Of a DNA stretch of 32,000 nucleotides, positions 28,170 through 32,000 are shown piece after piece. The DNA lies in assembly GCF_009734345.1 (NCBI RefSeq), contig NZ_CP032551.1:1380001-1412000 (forward strand), written 5' to 3'. The DNA is from Pseudidiomarina andamanensis. Lineage in GTDB: Bacteria; Pseudomonadota; Gammaproteobacteria; Enterobacterales; Alteromonadaceae. Position 1 is the first letter of the stretch; each line of letters starts with the position of its first letter. The position numbers and the translations under genes are program-made. The notes below the pieces were generated by a model, which worked only from the letters and a program-made list of their open reading frames with translations, did no database searches and was not told the DNA's origin.

Positions 28170-29186
28170 ATGAATTTTACCGGTTCAAATATCCTCTCTG
28201 TTGAGCAGTTCGATATCGACAGTATTCAGACCATTTTTGCTATAGCCGATCGCATGCAGCCTTATGCACGCCGGCAAAAACGCACCAAAGTGCTCGATGG
28301 TGCCATTTTAGGTAATTTGTTTTTTGAACCGTCTACCCGAACTCGCGTGAGCTTTGGCACCGCTTTTAATTTACTTGGCGGTGAAGTGCGTGAAACGACC
28401 GGTATGGAAAGCTCCGCCCTCGCCAAGGGTGAATCACTCTACGACACCGCACGCGTGCTCAGTAGCTACAGTGATGTAATCGCCATGCGTCATCCAAAGT
28501 CCGGTTCAGTCGCCGAATTTGCTGAGGGGAGTCGTGTACCGGTCATTAATGGCGGTGACGGTGCTAACGAGCACCCGACTCAAGCGTTACTTGATTTATA
28601 TACCATTAAGAAAGAGTTGGCGTATCACGGTCACGACGTTGATGGCATGCACATTTGTATGATGGGTGATTTGAAATTTGGCCGTACCGTGCATTCGCTA
28701 TCGCGCTTACTCGCCATGTACAAAGACATTCGGTTCACGTTGATTTCGCCACGCGAATTAGCCATGCCGGATAGTGTTCTGGAAGTTCTTGATCAAGCAG
28801 GTCATCGCGTCACCGTGACTGATCAAGTTAGCGGTAGTTCGGATGCTGACATTGTTTATCAAACGCGCATTCAGCAAGAGCGTTTTACAACGCCACAAGA
28901 AGCCGACATGTACCGTGGTAAATTCCGCTTAAATAGCGAAATCTACACCAAACACTACAAGCCAAATACGGTCATTATGCACCCGCTTCCGCGTGATTCT
29001 CGCGCCGAAGCAAATGAATTAGATAACGATTTGAACCAAAACCCGAATTTAGCCATATTTCGTCAAGCAGATAATGGCGTTCTCATTCGGATGGCACTCT
29101 TTGCGCTCACTTTAGGTGTGGCCGATCAGATTGAAAAATACGAGTGCGACGTCAACTGGTATAGCGAAAAACGCACCAGCTATTAA
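28170..29186 (+). CDS. pyrB: Aspartate carbamoyltransferase catalytic chain
   Basis: ORF 28140..29186 (GTG), trimmed to the ATG at 28170 (MNFTGSNILSVEQF). Motifs FFEPSTRTR, HPTQALLD and HPLPR. 338 aa, about 25 aa longer at the C-terminus than E. coli PyrB. No pyrI-like ORF follows it. Confidence 0.85.
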   Translation: MNFTGSNILSVEQFDIDSIQTIFAIADRMQPYARRQKRTKVLDGAILGNLFFEPSTRTRVSFGTAFNLLGGEVRETTGMESSALAKGESLYDTARVLSSYSDVIAMRHPKSGSVAEFAEGSRVPVINGGDGANEHPTQALLDLYTIKKELAYHGHDVDGMHICMMGDLKFGRTVHSLSRLLAMYKDIRFTLISPRELAMPDSVLEVLDQAGHRVTVTDQVSGSSDADIVYQTRIQQERFTTPQEADMYRGKFRLNSEIYTKHYKPNTVIMHPLPRDSRAEANELDNDLNQNPNLAIFRQADNGVLIRMALFALTLGVADQIEKYECDVNWYSEKRTSY

Positions 29187-29213
29187 GTAACTTAAACGAT
29201 TACGAGGAAACGA

Positions 29214-30497
29214 ATGTCACGTTCTGACGAATTATTCGCGCAAGCTCAACACAGTATTCCAGGTGGCGTAAACTCACCAGTTCGCGCCTTCAATGGCGTT
29301 GGTGGATCACCAATCTTTATCGAAAGCGCTGATGGCGCCTACATGTTCGATGCCGACGGTCAACGTTACATTGACTACGTTGGCTCTTGGGGTCCAATGA
29401 TTCTGGGACACAACAATGCGGCCATTCGTGAAGCCACTCATAAAGCAGTAGACCGCGGTTTAAGCTTTGGTACGCCAACATCGAATGAAATCACCATGGC
29501 TGAGAAAATCAAAGCTCTAGTGCCGTCCATTGAGAAAGTGCGGATGGTGAACTCGGGCACCGAAGCAACCATGACAGCAATTCGCTTGGCGCGTGGCTTT
29601 ACCGGACGTGACAAAATTCTGAAATTTGAAGGCTGCTATCACGGTCATGCGGACGCGTTGTTAGTCAAAGCGGGTTCTGGTGCACTCACGCTTGGCGTTC
29701 CTAATTCGCCGGGTATTCCAGAAGATTTCGCAAAACATACGCTGACCGTAACTTTCAACGATATTGACTCAGTTCGCGAGATTTTTGCCGAAATTGGGCA
29801 TGAAATTGCAACAATTATCGTTGAGCCAGTAGCCGGAAACATGAACTGTATTCCACCTGCGCCAGGTTTCTTAGAGGGCTTGCGCGAAATCTGTGATGAG
29901 TACGGTAGCGTGTTGATCTTCGACGAAGTGATGACTGGTTTCCGTGTTGCTCGCGGCGGCGCTCAAGAACGTTATCAAGTGATTCCTGATTTGACCACTC
30001 TTGGTAAAGTCATTGGCGGCGGTATGCCAGTTGGTGCTTTCGGCGGTAAGCGCGAAATTATGGATTACATCGCACCGGTGGGTCCTGTTTATCAAGCGGG
30101 TACATTATCTGGTAACCCTGTGGCGATGGCAGCGGGTCTTGCCGCATTAACCCAACTTGATGACGAGCAGTTATATCCAAGTTTATATGCCAAGGTAGAC
30201 CGCTTAGTTGATGGCTTGCAGGCACTTGCCGATGAGGCTGGTATTCCATTCACCACGAACCGTGCTGGTTCAATGTTTGGCTTCTTCTTTAGCTCAGATG
30301 GCCCAATCACCAGCTATGCGCAAGCAACGCAGTGCAATATGGAACACTTCCGTAGCTTCTATCACAGTATGCTAAAACAAGGTGTATACTTGGCACCGTC
30401 GGCGTTTGAAGCGGGCTTTATGTCTGCAGCTCATACGGATGCGGACATTGATGCGACTCTAGCGGCTGCAAAAGTTGCATTCGCAGCGCTAAAATAA
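29214..30497 (+). CDS. hemL: Glutamate-1-semialdehyde 2,1-aminomutase
   Basis: 427 aa. Motifs [17 protein letters not shown] and the PLP-lysine region [19 protein letters not shown] lies upstream. Confidence 0.95.
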   Translation: MSRSDELFAQAQHSIPGGVNSPVRAFNGVGGSPIFIESADGAYMFDADGQRYIDYVGSWGPMILGHNNAAIREATHKAVDRGLSFGTPTSNEITMAEKIKALVPSIEKVRMVNSGTEATMTAIRLARGFTGRDKILKFEGCYHGHADALLVKAGSGALTLGVPNSPGIPEDFAKHTLTVTFNDIDSVREIFAEIGHEIATIIVEPVAGNMNCIPPAPGFLEGLREICDEYGSVLIFDEVMTGFRVARGGAQERYQVIPDLTTLGKVIGGGMPVGAFGGKREIMDYIAPVGPVYQAGTLSGNPVAMAAGLAALTQLDDEQLYPSLYAKVDRLVDGLQALADEAGIPFTTNRAGSMFGFFFSSDGPITSYAQATQCNMEHFRSFYHSMLKQGVYLAPSAFEAGFMSAAHTDADIDATLAAAKVAFAALK

Positions 30498-32000
30498 GCG
30501 CTGCCACCAAGATTTTTCTTCGATGTTGCCCGAACACCCTAGGTTCTCGGGCAATTTTTTAATTCGCGCTGGAAGTAATCGAGCGTTATTACAATCCACC
30601 GGAATACGCACACCAAGTTGCGGATGAAAACCTGCTGCTTCTACATCGATTGGCGAATTGAGTTGCAACGGCACAATAGGTATCTGCTCAAGTACTTGCT
30701 GCACCACCTTTAAGGCACCACTGCTACCGGTTAATTGCACCGGTTGATTATCGTCTCGCCCTAACCATACGGTCACCACATGCTGATTGTCGTACGCGAC
30801 GAACCAGCTATCACGGTAATCATTTGTTGTACCACTTTTACCGGCTAGCTTGTTAACCCCAAAAGCGTCCGCCAGTTTACTGCCGGTCCCCTCATTGATA
30901 ACGCCCCGCAGGCCAAAGTTCACCAAAAATCCCGCGGCTTCGCTGAAAATTCGGCGCGCTTGCGATAGGTTACGCTCGTATACGGTTAACCCTTCATGAT
31001 TGGTGACTACGCGTATACTTTGTAACGGTCGGTAGCTGCCTTGCTGCGCCAACATGGTATATATCTCAGTAATTGCCATTGGTGAGAGTGGTACTGCACC
31101 TAAGGTTATGGCCGGAACGCTCGAAATAGGCGAATCGACACCACTGAGTTGCAGCAGTTCTGTTAAGCGATCAATACCAACGTTCATTCCCAACCGTACT
31201 GCCGGAACATTTCGCGACTGCGCCAGAGCATCATAGGCCAACATCTCACCTTCAAATTTCTTATCAAAGTTTTGAGGTATCCATGTGGGTTGGCTCGGTT
31301 GCTGAAGCTGAAATGGTTCGTCAGAAACCAGTGAACCTAACTCAAACTCCGGTTGTGATTGAAACGCTTCGGCATAAATAAGCGGCTTAATCAAAGAGCC
31401 TACGGGTCGCATTGCCGCAACCGCGCGGTTAAACCCGACTTGCCGTGGATTCTTGTCACCCACCACCGCTGTGACACCGCCCTGTTGGTGGTTCGCAATA
31501 ACAATTGCGCCTTGCAAGGCATCATCATCGCTGACTCGAGGAAGCTCAGTGACAATTGCCGCTTCCGCTGCATTTTGAGTAACGGGATCAAAATAAGTAA
31601 ATACTCGCAGTCCTTCTTGTTGCCAGTTCGCAGGAAGATTTAACCGCCCTAATTCAAATTTCACTAACTCCATGTAGTGTGGCAAGTTTTCTGTTACCAA
31701 CTGGCCAGTGCCTGCTGGTAAAACTGGCTGACTCACGCTGGTAACATACTGCGCTTTGCTCATCAGGTTTTGCGCAAACATCAGTTGGAGTATTAAATCA
31801 CGGCGCTCTTGCGCTCGCTCTGGGTAGCGGCGTGGATCGTAGTAAGATGGTCCTTTGATAATCCCCACCAGCAGCGCAATATCTGCCGCATCTAATTCTT
31901 CAACTTGCTTACCAAAGTATAAACGGCTCGCCAAACCGACACCGTGTATTGCCGAGCCCCGATCCTGGCCGAAATACACTTCATTTAAGTAGGTTTCTAA
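30489..32000 (-). CDS. mrcB: Penicillin-binding protein 1B (bifunctional transglycosylase/transpeptidase), C-terminal about 503 codons; 5' end is off the right edge
   Basis: The track ORF 30489..31979 starts at an internal GTG. The frame stays open to 32000 (my translation: [12 protein letters not shown]..., matching the glycosyltransferase motif region LNEVY.GQ of E. coli PBP1b). Transpeptidase motifs SLIKP (SxxK), SRN and KSGTT. Confidence 0.85.
   Translation of the reverse strand, partial: LETYLNEVYFGQDRGSAIHGVGLASRLYFGKQVEELDAADIALLVGIIKGPSYYDPRRYPERAQERRDLILQLMFAQNLMSKAQYVTSVSQPVLPAGTGQLVTENLPHYMELVKFELGRLNLPANWQQEGLRVFTYFDPVTQNAAEAAIVTELPRVSDDDALQGAIVIANHQQGGVTAVVGDKNPRQVGFNRAVAAMRPVGSLIKPLIYAEAFQSQPEFELGSLVSDEPFQLQQPSQPTWIPQNFDKKFEGEMLAYDALAQSRNVPAVRLGMNVGIDRLTELLQLSGVDSPISSVPAITLGAVPLSPMAITEIYTMLAQQGSYRPLQSIRVVTNHEGLTVYERNLSQARRIFSEAAGFLVNFGLRGVINEGTGSKLADAFGVNKLAGKSGTTNDYRDSWFVAYDNQHVVTVWLGRDDNQPVQLTGSSGALKVVQQVLEQIPIVPLQLNSPIDVEAAGFHPQLGVRIPVDCNNARLLPARIKKLPENLGCSGNIEEKSWWQRLF
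30526..30560 (+). terminator. Rho-independent terminator of hemL, embedded in the mrcB coding sequence
   Basis: TTGCCCGA (30526-30533) pairs with TCGGGCAA (30547-30554). The 13-nt loop has a possible 3-bp inner stem. T6 (30555-30560) follows directly. It starts 29 nt after the hemL stop. On the minus strand the same bases encode [12 protein letters not shown] of PBP1B. Confidence 0.75.

Overview
This window is a very densely packed stretch of gammaproteobacterial core chromosome. By my hand tally, about 1.2 kb of the 32 kb is non-coding, so it is roughly 96% coding. I call 30 CDS, two of them truncated by the window edges. They fall into blocks familiar from E. coli and Pseudomonas: tkt-metK; rsmE-gshB-yqgE-ruvX; rapA-rluA facing djlA; amgK-murU; lptD-surA-pdxA-rsmA-apaG-apaH; tyrS; mepM-anmK; pepQ; erpA; hemJ; pyrB; hemL; mrcB. 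I see no rRNA, tRNA, CRISPR array, transposase, integrase, phage gene or recognisable defence island.

MetJ-type met boxes upstream of metK, together with an amgK-murU pair (absent from E. coli), suggest an Alteromonadales-like marine lineage. That placement is inference only.

I do not find convincing evidence for a new multi-gene system here. The points worth a second look are:
- All five convergent gene junctions overlap or leave at most 13 nt, and three of them carry strong hairpins embedded in coding sequence. One is a canonical hemL terminator written inside mrcB codons.
- A MetJ operator and an intrinsic terminator are nested in the 94-nt yahK-metK spacer.
- A PIN-PhoH (PhoH2-type) ATPase lies divergent from rapA.
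- A membrane-anchored coiled-coil protein of unknown function lies between erpA and hemJ.
- An orphan pyrB has no adjacent pyrI.
- A 12-bp perfect inverted repeat sits in the rapA leader.

Several ORF-track starts were trimmed to internal starts using homologue N-termini and Shine-Dalgarno (SD) positions. CDS coordinates include the stop codon.
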